DNA of 63,597 bases, counting the filler, from Sanchytrium tribonematis (lineage: Eukaryota), in assembly GCA_018985235.1 (NCBI GenBank). It is 15 parts of 15 records of this genome, joined end to end, with 100 filler letters (N's around TTAATTAATTAA, not from the genome) between each part and the next. Parts side by side here need not be neighbours in the genome. Positions count along the whole stretch, not along the records: positions 1 to 16,264 come from JADGIG010000137.1; 14 more parts are not named here. One strand, 5' to 3'. Position numbers and translations under genes: made by a program. Of the stretch, positions 1-11,795 are shown piece by piece. The notes under the pieces were generated by a model that saw nothing but the letters and a program-made list of their open reading frames with translations, made no database searches and had not been told where the DNA came from. Each line of letters opens with the position of its first letter. Position 1 is the first letter of the stretch.

Positions 1-1274
1 AAATGAGAGTTCTTGTATCCCATCCAAGAAGGCCGAGCTGGTGGAGTTTTGTACAGGATTATTTCAATGCTTTCATCCGACGATACACTGTCGGATTCTT
101 CTTCTGATGATAAAGTTGAGGTACATCCTCTTTTATTACTAAAGCTGTCCTTCATTCGATTATCATCAAGATTTAAATTTGGTAAAAATTCAGAGCTGTA
201 TTCCGCTTTTGACTTTGAATCTTTTCCAGCACGTACCAAGCTAAATTTAGTGTTGGTTGGTTCAGATTTATAACTCTTTGCTATGCTACTGGATAGTCTT
301 TCTTCAAGATTTGTAATCATTTTAGAGACTGGCTTAGGAAACAGTGGACTGTAGACTATAATTTCAATGTCTTCGTCTTCTGCATGTAGTTCTACATCAA
401 CTTCATTTTCATTGTCAATAACAATGTCACTCAATGGGCTGTCGGCACCGTAAATCATATTGTATACATTTTCAACTGAAAGATGGATAGAGTCTTCAGA
501 TGAAAGGCTGTGCTGTTGTGTCTCAAATTTATTCGAATTTGAATTTAAATATCCATCTGGAAGTACATTTGCAGTTCTAAAATAACAAATTATATCATTT
601 CCGGATTCACTTTCTATCAAGACAAATGCAGAGTCTTCAGAATTAACACTGTATTGCTGCGGTTCCAAATTCTTATCTGGGACCAATATGTTTTCTACTA
701 TACTTGATTCGCTCTGAAAAAAGGCAGAGTCTTTAATTTCTATGAACTTTTCAAGACTGGAATGAGGGAGACATTGAATAAAGCTAGTTTTTTCAGATAT
801 GCACTTATCAGCGTCCTCAGAACAGTCCATATATTCGACATAGGCCCAGTGGGTGCTGCAATTATTGATGATGTCAATAATAGTAAAGCCCTCACCATTT
901 TGGTGCTTCTCTTCTAGCCTTGCGCTAACTGGTGGCATGGTCGAGATGTCGCCGTTCTTTGGATGAATCTCTAAAAATTCTATAGAGTTCACTGGCTCGG
1001 TGTTTTTAAAAATTGGAGTTGATGTGAGTGCTTTGTCCAATAAAATAATTACATCACCATCAGCCTTTGCGCTCATATTATCCTCTCTACTGATTCTCTC
1101 AAGAACATTTCTGATGTCCTTTCTATTTCGAGTAACTATTGCAGAATAGCTCTCGTTTACTATTTGGCATTCAAAATTTTTAACATTCTCAGCATAGAAT
1201 TCCAAAACATCGAAGTCTGAAGAAGCATATTGGTAATATGCAGAAATGAGTGGAGCAGAAGTACTCATTAACAT
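1..1274 (-). CDS. Uncharacterised acidic/Ser-rich protein, 3' end outside window
   Basis: Manually read open frame from ATG 1274 (MLMSTSAPLIS...) running off the window start; no family recognised. Confidence 0.6.
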   Translation of the reverse strand, partial: MLMSTSAPLISAYYQYASSDFDVLEFYAENVKNFECQIVNESYSAIVTRNRKDIRNVLERISREDNMSAKADGDVIILLDKALTSTPIFKNTEPVNSIEFLEIHPKNGDISTMPPVSARLEEKHQNGEGFTIIDIINNCSTHWAYVEYMDCSEDADKCISEKTSFIQCLPHSSLEKFIEIKDSAFFQSESSIVENILVPDKNLEPQQYSVNSEDSAFVLIESESGNDIICYFRTANVLPDGYLNSNSNKFETQQHSLSSEDSIHLSVENVYNMIYGADSPLSDIVIDNENEVDVELHAEDEDIEIIVYSPLFPKPVSKMITNLEERLSSSIAKSYKSEPTNTKFSLVRAGKDSKSKAEYSSEFLPNLNLDDNRMKDSFSNKRGCTSTLSSEEESDSVSSDESIEIILYKTPPARPSWMGYKNSH

Positions 1275-1549
1275 TTTAAGGCAATTGACCTATTGAAAAA
1301 ATGAACGAGAAATTTATCTACAAGCCACATAATTTTCGAACTTGATTGATTCAATAATCTCGAATAGCTTCGAAGTGTGCGTACGTAATTGGATTTTGAT
1401 ATTTGATTTTTCCACAGACCATCTCAAAATCATTATGTTCTTCATTAGGAAGAGCTTTGCAAATTGAGCCAATGTTTCAAATTGGAATTGGTTTGCTTAA
1501 CTGTTGTGATTTCTACTTTTTCTAAATAAAATTCGTTCAATGCATTTAT

Positions 1550-2420
1550 TCAAGCTTCCAAATTAAAAGCCAAACCAACTGCATGCGCACCGCCATCTAA
1601 TTTGGTAGTGTCAAAATTTCCTCCGACTGTGACTTTAAAGCCGGGTTTCAATTCGTGTGTAAATCCAACAATCATTTTACCAGCTTGATCTACTTTAGTC
1701 TTGACAGTGTTGATGTCATCTAATCTGTATTTCGTAGCAAATTCAATACCAGCAAGAGTTCCAGAGGATCGTTTCCACAATGCTTTCGCACCAGCTTGTA
1801 AATCAGAAGAAATCTTATGATAGTAACCAACAGAGATATCTTGTAACTGATTGTGGGCAGAAAGTCCGACATAATAGTCAGATGTGGCATATCCGAGGGC
1901 AAAATTGTATTTGTCAATTGCAGTGGATGTTGTATCGAAGGATACATCTGTCCCCAACACTAAACCATCGATTGCAGAAATTGCAGCTGCGGCTTGGATG
2001 GCCACAGTTGGTCCTTTGAATGCATCAACAGTTGTTTTGACCTAAGTTATCAGAATGTACGTGAAATTCCTCTTTTTTCAATGTTGCTGATAATTTAAAT
2101 GCGTCAATTCCAGCGCTGGTGTTAAAGCCAGACGCAGCACCTAATTTAAGACCCTTTGTAAAGCTGTCATTCAAATCTACATCAAGACCGATTTTGTTGT
2201 CGGTTGACCAAGTATGAGTAATAGATAAACCATCTGAGTTTTTGTATGTCTGCTCCAACTTACCTGCCAAATTTCCCTTGGCGTCTTTAGCACCAGATAC
2301 TTTGAACTCTGCTTTTTTGTCTGTCGGAATACTTTTGAAGTCAAATTTGACAGTGGTTGGAAAGTCTTTGCTTAATAAATCGCTGATTGATTTTCCAATA
2401 TCAGAATAACTTGTTGCCAT
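1550..2420 (-). CDS. POR1: Mitochondrial porin (VDAC), 2 exons
   Basis: N-terminal YSDIGKSISDLLSKDF; removing 19-nt intron 2042-2060 fuses the two ORFs (EFH|VKTTVDAFKGPTV). Confidence 0.95.
2042..2060 (-). other. 19-nt spliceosomal intron
   Basis: gtacattctgataacttag; restores VDAC frame. Confidence 0.93.
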
Positions 2421-2471
2421 GTGTGAAAAATCTCTCCTATTTTACATTTGTTCCAAAAATCCGAATCAAAG

Positions 2472-3545
2472 TTAAATTCCTGTCATAAGGGATCCCGAGT
2501 CTGCTTTGAATCTAATTTTTTTGAGAAAGTACATCAATACACCGAAAATGACCAGATCAAGTATTAAAAAAACTCGCACAACAATAAAATTAGCCGTTGT
2601 ACACTCTTTATAGTGAAAATCATTCCCTTTTATAGATAAAATAGCAAAACCTCCATCATACATTCCCATGATGGATCTTACTGTCAATCCATAAATTTTG
2701 TTTTTACGAATTTTACCACGTACTTCTCTTTCTGTCATTTCCTCAGTGTAATATGGATTTCTATAGATTTGATTCAAACAACCATCATGATTATGACCTG
2801 ATATCACAAAATCAGGTTTGACAAGATCAACAAGCCTTGTCGAGGTATTCTTTGACAAATAATTTTGAAAGTAATAGAAACCCTCGGTTTCCCTGTATAA
2901 ATCGTCCTCACATTCTAAAACCTCTGAAGGGTGCAAAGGAATGTGTATAAACAATAATCGAGTCTTGTTTGCTGGTCCCAGAGTTGACACAAAATCCCAG
3001 GCCATCTTGTTGAAAACTTTGTCTCTGGACCCATCCAAAGACATTGAATTTAAGAATATCAATTCAAATTGCTCATTTTTAGTTATAAAGTTGGTTTTTC
3101 CAAAATATTTCTCATATCGTTCAACCATCCACAAACTCATATCACTGCCATAACCGATATCATGATTACCGGAAAGGTTGTAGTAATTTTGATTTCCAAA
3201 AGCCGGAAGCATTTTTTCGTATCTCGAAAGTCTCCATTTGAATTCATCGTCACTCAAGTGTTGATTACCGAATAGATCTCCTAAAATTATGACAAAGTCT
3301 GGGTCATATCTCAAATATGCAAGTTTGTATATGAGAGAAATAGAAAAATCATTGACGTAAAGGTCAAAAAAGTCTAAAATTCCTTTTGATAATTTGAAAA
3401 TTCCGTCAATCTGAGGATCTGCAATTAACAAAAATATTGAGTGTTCTTGAGATATATTATCCAAACAATTTAGTGGGCTCAGAAATGTTGAAAGGTGCAG
3501 AGATAGGTAAATTACCAAGACCGGTATCAGATTTAACGCAAACAT
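2472..3545 (-). CDS. Metallophosphoesterase, Ted1/Cdc1/MPPE1 family
   Basis: ADPQ, LGDLF, GNHDIG, HIPL and SGHNH motifs; N- and C-terminal hydrophobic segments. Confidence 0.85.
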   Translation of the reverse strand: MFALNLIPVLVIYLSLHLSTFLSPLNCLDNISQEHSIFLLIADPQIDGIFKLSKGILDFFDLYVNDFSISLIYKLAYLRYDPDFVIILGDLFGNQHLSDDEFKWRLSRYEKMLPAFGNQNYYNLSGNHDIGYGSDMSLWMVERYEKYFGKTNFITKNEQFELIFLNSMSLDGSRDKVFNKMAWDFVSTLGPANKTRLLFIHIPLHPSEVLECEDDLYRETEGFYYFQNYLSKNTSTRLVDLVKPDFVISGHNHDGCLNQIYRNPYYTEEMTEREVRGKIRKNKIYGLTVRSIMGMYDGGFAILSIKGNDFHYKECTTANFIVVRVFLILDLVIFGVLMYFLKKIRFKADSGSLMTGI

Positions 3546-3567
3546 GACGTTCTAAAAATTAATTTAT

Positions 3568-5082
3568 TTAGGAAAGAATATTTAGTTTCTTTTGAATCAA
3601 ATTTTGACTTTTTTCGAGCTTCTGAAGTCCAATTTTCCGTCTTATTATTGACTCGGTATAATTTTGGTTTCTTGCTAATCGAAAGTTGTTTGAGGTGGTT
3701 AAATCTCGCTTCAAATCCAAAAGAGATAACTTTTCGCATTCCATTTGATGCAACGTAGACTGAACTTCGTTATTCTTGGAGTCAAGTGACTCTTGTAGCA
3801 TTTTTAATCTATTTCTTTCCTTGGAAACAAAATCTTTATCGCTCGTTATTTCTCGTAATAAATGACTCAATTGGGCTTTTTCCTGATCGAATAATTCTTT
3901 TTCTGTCATAAATTGTGATTGTTTAAAAACTAAGTCCCGCTTTTGTCTCTCAATATCATTCTTAAGAGTGAGTATTTCAATTTTCAATTGGTCTAAAGCA
4001 ATTAAATCTGATTTCGCTCTGACTGCGTCATTGTTGACAATATCTGCTTTCACATCTACTTTTCTGCGAAGTTCCTCCAATTGAGTAACTCTATCGGCAT
4101 AATGTTGATCTTCTGCATGCTTACAAATTTGTATCTTTTTCTCTTGATCAAACAAAAATTGTAAAGATTTTTGTTGAACATCGTTCCAAGATTTTTTTTC
4201 ATTAAGTAGATCTTCCTTGTCTTTCTGGATGTTGTCAAGGCATGTTTTCTTCAAATTTTCAACAGACACTTTGACACTTTGCGCTTCTTTCAGCATCAGA
4301 TTATTTTTTTCGCATATTGAATCAGCATTAGCGGTAAAATTTTTAGATGCATGGTCAATTGCGATGACAGAGTCATTCATGTCGGACTTAATAGAAGCGA
4401 CATCTTTCAATAGCAAAGCTGTTTTGTTATAATGTTCATTCGAAATTAGTGTGACACTCTGCATAGATTTAATTGAGTGCAATAAGCTATCACTTAAACG
4501 TTCAAACTCTTTAAACTTTCTATCAAACTTTTCATTTTCATTCTGAATGCCGCGCAAAAGAATGCCGACCTCATTTTCAACGCGAAAAATTGGTTCTAGT
4601 TGTACAGTCAAATCGTTTTTAAGTTTGTTAAAACAATCTTCTAAGAATTGCTTTATTTCGTACTTATTATTTTCAAAACTCGCTTCCTTTTGGTGCGAAG
4701 TGGAAGCTTGATTTGCATTAGAGGGTGATTTTTCCATTGGATCTCTCTCTACTATTCGCAGAAGATCATCAGCGCTTACGGAATTCTTTTCTTCTTCGAC
4801 AAATAATGTTTCATTTGGTTTTTTGACACTTTGAATATCATCAAGCAAATCCAATAAACTGGTGTTAACTTTAGGCTTTATTGCTACACTAACCTGTTTT
4901 GGCTCACTGGTTGGGAAACTTTTTGGTTTGATTTCTTCCAATGGTTGATTCTTTTTCTTCAATAAAAGATCCAATAAATCATTATCTAAATTATTTTCTT
5001 GATTAGTTTTGTTATCCAAATTGCTATCATTAGTGTCCCAGCTGTTGAGTAATGATGAAAGAGATGATTTTTTTGAATTCAT
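3568..5082 (-). CDS. Long coiled-coil protein, unknown function
   Basis: ~500 aa ORF with heptad-rich C-terminal half; start placed at MNSKK. Confidence 0.7.
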   Translation of the reverse strand: MNSKKSSLSSLLNSWDTNDSNLDNKTNQENNLDNDLLDLLLKKKNQPLEEIKPKSFPTSEPKQVSVAIKPKVNTSLLDLLDDIQSVKKPNETLFVEEEKNSVSADDLLRIVERDPMEKSPSNANQASTSHQKEASFENNKYEIKQFLEDCFNKLKNDLTVQLEPIFRVENEVGILLRGIQNENEKFDRKFKEFERLSDSLLHSIKSMQSVTLISNEHYNKTALLLKDVASIKSDMNDSVIAIDHASKNFTANADSICEKNNLMLKEAQSVKVSVENLKKTCLDNIQKDKEDLLNEKKSWNDVQQKSLQFLFDQEKKIQICKHAEDQHYADRVTQLEELRRKVDVKADIVNNDAVRAKSDLIALDQLKIEILTLKNDIERQKRDLVFKQSQFMTEKELFDQEKAQLSHLLREITSDKDFVSKERNRLKMLQESLDSKNNEVQSTLHQMECEKLSLLDLKRDLTTSNNFRLARNQNYTESIIRRKIGLQKLEKSQNLIQKKLNILS

Positions 5083-5105
5083 TTTATTTTCAAGCCCAGT
5101 CAGAA

Positions 5106-6375
5106 TCATTGCTCCACTTTTATATTGACCCCAACTGATTTTGCCAAAGCGTAAATTTTAGAAAAGACTACAGCTTTGTTTGCAGCTTTATCTAAATCAT
5201 CTTCGCTAATAATTGGTAAATTTGAATTTTGGATCATCTCTTTTGCTTTTTCAACATTGGTGCCTTGTAATCTCACAATCAAAGGTATTTTCAGATCCAA
5301 GGTCTTACAAGCGGTAATAATTCCTTCCGCGATAATGTCGCACTTCATAATTCCTAAATTAATAAGCAAAACCTCCAAATATGTTCACAAATATAGCGCT
5401 CACTCTCTCATCAGAGGAGATGATTTTGAATGCGGCAGTGACTTGTGTGGTGGTTGCGGAGCCTCCTACATCCAAAAAGTTTGCTGGATCTCCACCATTT
5501 AATTTTAAAACATCCATTGTTGCCATTGCCAATCCCGCTCCATTTACCAAACAGCCAACGTTTCCATCTAGTCCAATATAATTGAGCTGAAATTTTGAAG
5601 CATCCACTTCTCTCTTATCCTCTTGAGAATAATCGCGCTGCGTAAAAACATCTTTTTGCCTAAAATCAGCGTTATCATCAAAGCCTAACTTAGCATCCAT
5701 ACACAAAACTTTTCCGCTGTTTAATTCTGCCAAGGGGTTTATCTCTACAAGAGTGCAATCCTTTTCAGTAAAAACTTTGTATAATTTCTGAAATATGTCA
5801 GCTGCCTCATCTATTGCTTGACCTGAAAAGCCTATTTTTGTTGCAACATCACGAGCAACAGAGTCGGTCAATCCTTTGTGAATATCAATTGGCTGAGTCA
5901 CAATAGCTTTGGGATTTGTGGCAGCTACATGTTCAATGTCCATTCCTCCTTCAGAGCTCGCTATTAGCACAGGTCCCTGATGTTTTCTGTCGTTGAGTAT
6001 TGCAAAATAGTATTCCTTTTTAAGCTTTAATTTTTCAACAATAAAAACTTTGTTACATGGTTTTCCTTGTGCACCCGTTTGTTTTGTAATCAATTTGTGT
6101 CCTAACATTTGCTGAGCGTATTCTTTGATCTGGGATGAGTTGCTGGTTAATTGCACACCGCCTTGCAATCCCGAGTCAAAATGACCTTTGCCTCTGCCAC
6201 CAGCCAAGACTTGAGCTTTAATGACTGCACTAGGAAACTGTTTTGAGACTTGAGCAGCTTCATCTGGCGTGGATGCTACCTTTCCATTCGGAATAGCAAC
6301 ATTGAAATTTTTCAGAATCTGCATAGATTGATATTCATGCAAATTGAGGCAACGCTTTTGAAAAATTCTCAACAT
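5106..6375 (-). CDS. LSC2: Succinyl-CoA ligase beta subunit, 2 exons
   Basis: [32 protein letters not shown]; intron 5354-5372 restores NIFGGIMKCD. Confidence 0.97.
5354..5372 (-). other. 19-nt spliceosomal intron
   Basis: gttttgcttattaatttag. Confidence 0.95.
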
Positions 6376-6498
6376 GTTGTAACAAGGGATTTTCAGAATT
6401 ATCAACATATTGTGTATTAATTCATGATATTGCGCTTATAAAACAAATTCTATCGCTGCCCAATATCTTTTTTTAGTTTTATATATAAATAGGTCAAA

Positions 6499-8391
6499 AT
6501 GCCTGTCCATGGAAGCGATTTATATTCGGATGTATTCTCAATTATTCGTGAGCTTAAACTGATGTCGATGAATGACGATAGGCCAACTAAGAATGTCTCT
6601 GTTGGTACAGATACCTTGTCATTTAAAACTGAACAAACATTAGTAGGTGATAGTCTCGATCGGGAAAGAAGGTTACCAGTGATCTTAAGTCTAAGCAAAT
6701 TGAGATCCTCTCCCCGACAGTCTTTGGAAAACTTAAACGAAAAGAGACTTGATTCAGTCAAGCAAAATTTTGGCTTGCCTGAACAAAGAGAGACTATCAG
6801 TAGCAAACAAGAAACTCTAATTAAAAAGTTAGACTCTATGATAATGGAAAATCCGATAAAAATCAAAGAAGATATAGTCATTGATCCTAAAGTGGAAGCC
6901 CTTATGAAAGATTTAGAAAAGAGCCCGAATTTGCCTCGTAAAAGTGACTTGAAAAAAGGTATTTCATTCGAGGATGTGAAAAGTTTGAGCTTGAAAAGAA
7001 TTAGTGGACCAAAAGCACCTGCTGAGAAGAATCCTCTCAAGCTACTAATTCAGCAAGAGCAACAAGAGCAAAGAAAAATCGCTGGTGAAAAGTCAATGAT
7101 TAGGTCTGACACTTTAGTTGTGGATAACCCTACGTTGCAAACTCTTACACCGTCACAAAAAAGTCCAAAGCCAGATTCCTCGCAAAAAATACCGCTGAAA
7201 TTAGATATTGACTCGTCAGCATTAGAAACTAGAGGAAATTCTAGCTCACCACCATCTCCAATTTCCAAAACTCCTAAATTGACAGAATTAATGATTCAGC
7301 AGATTGAAGAGCAAAAAAATCTTAGTAACCACAGAAGAATGACTGACTTCAAGGGTCCCCAATATCCTTGGAATCAACTTAATGATCTAGAACCTCAGAC
7401 CTTTACTGGGGAAGTCGACAAGTACATGAAATTTATTTCGCAGTATATATCCGAGCCTCAATTTTGTGATAAAAGAGCTGATTTAGACACTAAAAAGACT
7501 GGTCAAGGATATTGGTTTTTACTCAATATCTGTAAATTTCCTTCTGAAGCTTTTTCGATTCGACTATTAACTATTAAGGATGTTGATCCAGAAATCAAAA
7601 GATACCTATTAAAGGATAACGCTGTTTATTCTGCATTCAATATGATATTGTCTAAATTGGGTCCCCACTTGAAAAATAGAGACAAATGGACTTGGATTTC
7701 AAATGCCATTCCCGTTCAGCCAAATCGAGGAGCAGATATCGACATTATCCTAAGTGATCCGATACCCTTTGTAGTTGCTTCAAAGGAGTTGAAAACAGAC
7801 GATATGAACAATTTGTATCGATTACTTGATTTCAATGGTACGTCATTTAGTTTGATTAGCTATCTTTCACTGGATCAATCTATATTTGAGGCCTCAAACC
7901 AATACAATCCACTTTTAAACGATTTCATTGAAGCCAATTGCTATCACTGGATGAATAAAGCTTGGCAGCCAATCATTAAATTAAAGAGTGAGAAATGGAT
8001 TGACACTTTTAGCGAAGACATTCATAAGCTTGCTATTCCATTTATAATACAAAGATTTTTTAGAATGACATATTCGAGGTACGGACTTGATGTTCTGAAA
8101 TCTTTGATATTCAAGTATTGTGTTATACCTGCTTTCCAAAGTGGGAAAGTGACAGTCCCCGAACTAACAGAGAGCAGCAAAAAGAAGTTTCAACAGGGTG
8201 TGGAACGACTCATTAAAAGTAACACTACTTCGGCGTACATCCCAAAAGTTTCTGATAAAACATTCCAATTTAAGGGTGTTAGTATTGAAGTTGCAAATGT
8301 GTTAAAGAATCACAATTTTATTCGATATTCGAGGCTAGTTGAAACAAGCTTAGTCATTGAGTTACTGTCATTGCAGCACATGTACTCCTAA
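6499..8391 (+). CDS. Uncharacterised protein (disordered N-half, globular C-half)
   Basis: 630 aa ORF; no family recognised. Confidence 0.65.
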   Translation: MPVHGSDLYSDVFSIIRELKLMSMNDDRPTKNVSVGTDTLSFKTEQTLVGDSLDRERRLPVILSLSKLRSSPRQSLENLNEKRLDSVKQNFGLPEQRETISSKQETLIKKLDSMIMENPIKIKEDIVIDPKVEALMKDLEKSPNLPRKSDLKKGISFEDVKSLSLKRISGPKAPAEKNPLKLLIQQEQQEQRKIAGEKSMIRSDTLVVDNPTLQTLTPSQKSPKPDSSQKIPLKLDIDSSALETRGNSSSPPSPISKTPKLTELMIQQIEEQKNLSNHRRMTDFKGPQYPWNQLNDLEPQTFTGEVDKYMKFISQYISEPQFCDKRADLDTKKTGQGYWFLLNICKFPSEAFSIRLLTIKDVDPEIKRYLLKDNAVYSAFNMILSKLGPHLKNRDKWTWISNAIPVQPNRGADIDIILSDPIPFVVASKELKTDDMNNLYRLLDFNGTSFSLISYLSLDQSIFEASNQYNPLLNDFIEANCYHWMNKAWQPIIKLKSEKWIDTFSEDIHKLAIPFIIQRFFRMTYSRYGLDVLKSLIFKYCVIPAFQSGKVTVPELTESSKKKFQQGVERLIKSNTTSAYIPKVSDKTFQFKGVSIEVANVLKNHNFIRYSRLVETSLVIELLSLQHMYS

Positions 8392-8421
8392 GATTTGAGC
8401 AAATAATTGATTTATTAAGAA

Positions 8422-9133
8422 TTATCTATAGACACTTTCGTGTTCTAAATTTCGGGCAATTTCTGTTTCCCATTTATCGCCATTCTCCAGCAGCTTGTCT
8501 TTGTTGTATAGCAACTCCTCGTGTGTTTCTGTGGCATATTCAAAGTTCGAGGTTTCCACAATAGCATCGACAGGGCCTACATTAATTCAAATTACAAGCT
8601 TCTTGGCAAAATCCACAATAAATGCATTTCGTCATATCTATATCATATCTAGTTGTTCTCCTGCTCCCATCGCTTCGCTCTTCAGCTTCAATTGTGATTG
8701 CTTGGGCAGGGCAAACAGCTTCGCATAGTTTACAAGCGATGCATCTCTCCTCTCCACTTGGATAACGTCTCAAGGCATGTTCTCCTCTAAATCTTGGTGA
8801 TATTGGTCCTTTTTCAAATGGATACATTAATGTGTAAGGTGTCTTGAAAAAATTCTCCAAAACTAAAAATGCGCCCCTGAACATTTCTGTTAATAAAAGG
8901 GTGGAGGTCAGCTTATCCAGTAATGAATGATTTGTATATTTAAGCTGGTGATTATGCCAGAAATGAGTATGAGATTCCTTTTTCATTTCAAGTTTAAAGG
9001 AATCACTAATTTTATCTTGAAGATATAAATTATCTGCTTTTGATTCAGTTTTAATTGTTTCTGGAATAAATGAACCAGTACCTTTATACGGCACAGGCTT
9101 TAGTGGTTTTTGAAATAGACGATACAATCGCAT
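8422..9133 (-). CDS. NDUFS8: Complex I TYKY/23 kDa Fe-S subunit, 2 exons
   Basis: [12 protein letters not shown] and [18 protein letters not shown] after removing intron 8577-8595. Confidence 0.97.
8577..8595 (-). other. 19-nt spliceosomal intron
   Basis: gtaatttgaattaatgtag. Confidence 0.95.
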
Positions 9134-9173
9134 TTGTTTAGCGGGGATATTTTTCGAAGCATAGAGTCATATT

Positions 9174-10989
9174 TTATTTTTGATCAGCTTTTTTGTCAGA
9201 TGCAGGTTTTGCTTTCTTCTCTTTCTTTTCTTTTTTCTCTTTCTTTGGTTTTTTGGCAGCATTCGAATCTGCCTTCGAAGCTACCTTTTTAGCCTTACCA
9301 TCTGGAATTGCTATCAACTTTACGACAAAATCATTCTTTTTGTACTTGTGAACATCTTTTTCTAATACACCGACAAAGTCAACAATGTAATTGCCTTTTC
9401 TTTCTATTTGAATTTTGTCACCCTTTTTTAAATTTTTAAATTCGAAAACACCTTTAGCGCTAGTCTAGGTGAATAAAAGATACCAAAAATTCCGTTTTTT
9501 CGCTCAAAATATCTTCGATTTTGTCGTCCTCCTCTGGTTTTGGCTTGTTGATCAAATAATCGTAATCTGCTAGAACGAGATTGACAACCTTATATTCATG
9601 CTCACTTGCTTTTGCGAGCCATGTCAATTTTTTTGTTTTCTTGTAGTCGCCGCCTAAATTTAAGCATCCTCTTACAGTAATATTGTTGGCTGACTTCTCA
9701 ATGCTTGTGATTTTAACGTTACCCCAATTCATTAGTGTAACCTCTTCATCAATGACCAGACTTTCAGCATCAGATTTTTCGATCAGAACAGTTGAATAAT
9801 AAGGGACCTTTCGGTTTCCTAGAGATTCATTTTTTTGATGGCTGGGAAGTTCTTTAATATAACAGGAATTTTTCAAGTTTCCCAAAGGATCCTCCATAGC
9901 AGACGAATCTGGTTCTAATAACAATTCAACAAGTGACTCTTCTGAATCGAGAGCGGTAAGTCTTGGACAGTTCAGATCCAATATTTTCTTATTTAAGGCC
10001 CAAATCTTATCCCATTCGCACAAATTACTTTTGCTTGAGTTTCCTTGCATAAGAATAAAGGTTCTTAGTCCTTCTACTGTCAAACCCCTACGCATTATTC
10101 CTTGAACTGTTGGAAATCTAGGGTCAAACCAAGATTCTACCTTTTTAGTATCAACAAACCATTGCAACTTTCTCTTTGACAATAGCGTATAAACAAAATT
10201 TAATCTCGAAAAATCACTAACAGTGACAGGTCTAAGCTCAAGTTTTTCAATAAACCACTCGTATTGTGGTAATCTATCCCTGTATTCATTTGTTCTCATT
10301 GCATGGGTGACCCCTTCGATACTGTCAACCACAGGGCAAGCAAAATCGTAGGTAGGGTAGACTTTATACTTAGTCTTACTAATATGATGCGGGGTCAAAT
10401 TACATCTATAAATAACAGGATCTCTTAAACATTTGTTTTTGTCATCAACAGATATTTTGGCTCTTAGGCACGACTTTAAACCTCCATCAGTGGCGGTTTT
10501 CATGGATTCCCAGTCGGTCTTATTTTGTTCCACAGATTTATCTCTATTTTTGCTAGCTATACCTTTCATTCTCTCATCTCTCATTTGTTCTTGAGAAGTA
10601 TCGTCTACATAAGCAAGACCAAGTTCTATTAATTTATCAGCATAAGATAATAGAGTTGCGAAATGATCACTAGTGTGTGATGTTTTGTAGGGAATAATAT
10701 CTAGCGTTTTACAATCTTGAAGTATAGCGTCTTCAAAATCTTGCTTCTCTTTTGTTGGATTTGTATCATCCATTCTTATCAATAGTTTTCCATGATATTT
10801 TTTTGCAAAATAATCATTAATCAAAGCAGCCTTGACGTGCCCAATGTGCATGAATCCACTAGGTTCAGGAGGAAATCTTGTGACTACTTTCCCATCCTCT
10901 GCATTTGGTAAAGATAATTGTTTGTCAATTTCGTTGACGTAGTTGTCTAAGCAAGAATAATCCCAAGTCATCTCCTCTGTTTTGCTCAT
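9174..10989 (-). CDS. GUS1: Cytosolic glutamyl-tRNA synthetase, 2 exons
   Basis: RFPPEPSGFMHIGH, LSKRKL; intron 9465-9483 adds conserved LKKGDKIQIERKG and a Lys-rich tail. Confidence 0.95.
9465..9483 (-). other. 19-nt spliceosomal intron
   Basis: gtatcttttattcacctag. Confidence 0.93.
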
Positions 10990-11155
10990 AGTAATTGGTC
11001 AACTTTCATCTTGTATTGGGGAATATTTGTTTTCAACTTCTCAAGGCGGTAATTCGTTTTTTTCCATTATCAATTTCCGTTTGACTATGTAAAAAAGACC
11101 TGTTAGAATATATTTTAAACGAGAAAATCAGCACTTCCCCTAGTTGGTTGTACAG

Positions 11156-11788
11156 ATGAATTCTTCAAAATCAATTTTAATCAGCAAAATGATTGAATCA
11201 AATTGCCTATTGTTTGGGAACTTCACTCTCAAATCTGGAATTGAAAGTCCGTACTTTTTCAATGCAACTTTTGATAGTGCTGAGTTGTTGTCTAAAGTAG
11301 CCAAATGTTATGCAAAACATTTATATGCGGAATACGGCGACAATCTCACAAATTTTACTTTATTTGGAGCTGCATATAAAGGAATACCTTTAGTTGTGGC
11401 CATTGGGATGGCATTGGTTCAAGATTACAATGTAGATTGTAATATTGTTTTTAATAGAAAAGAACCGAAAGATCATGGCGAAGGCGGATCATTAGTGGGT
11501 AAAATTAAGAACAATGACATTATTTTGATTGATGACGTATTGACTCGTGGTACTGCGCTACTTCAGGTCATTAAAATGATTCAATTGGAATGTCCAAGTT
11601 CGTCAATTTCTCGGGCAGTTATTTTGCTAGATAGAATGGAAAAGGTCGAAGATTCATTCGCAAAAGTCTGCTTAGAAAAAACGACTGGAGTCCAGATTGA
11701 TGCGCTGCTTTGTGTTTTGGATATTATGGATTATTTGGAGACTGAAAATATTGAATATTTTGAAAAAATGAAAAAAAGCTTGGAATAA
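11156..11788 (+). CDS. URA5: Orotate phosphoribosyltransferase
   Basis: FTLKSGIESPYFFN, FNRKEPKDHGEGG, ILIDDVLTRGTA. Confidence 0.95.
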   Translation: MNSSKSILISKMIESNCLLFGNFTLKSGIESPYFFNATFDSAELLSKVAKCYAKHLYAEYGDNLTNFTLFGAAYKGIPLVVAIGMALVQDYNVDCNIVFNRKEPKDHGEGGSLVGKIKNNDIILIDDVLTRGTALLQVIKMIQLECPSSSISRAVILLDRMEKVEDSFAKVCLEKTTGVQIDALLCVLDIMDYLETENIEYFEKMKKSLE

Positions 11789-11795
11789 AATCCTA

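Noticed and set aside
6450..7268. Antisense/shadow ORFs (also 27037-27540, 47488-47895 and others)
   Set aside because: Lie opposite or within well-supported genes and show no protein motifs
11156..11788. OPRTase as bacterial horizontal transfer
   Set aside because: The pyrE-like monofunctional form is the normal fungal URA5 type
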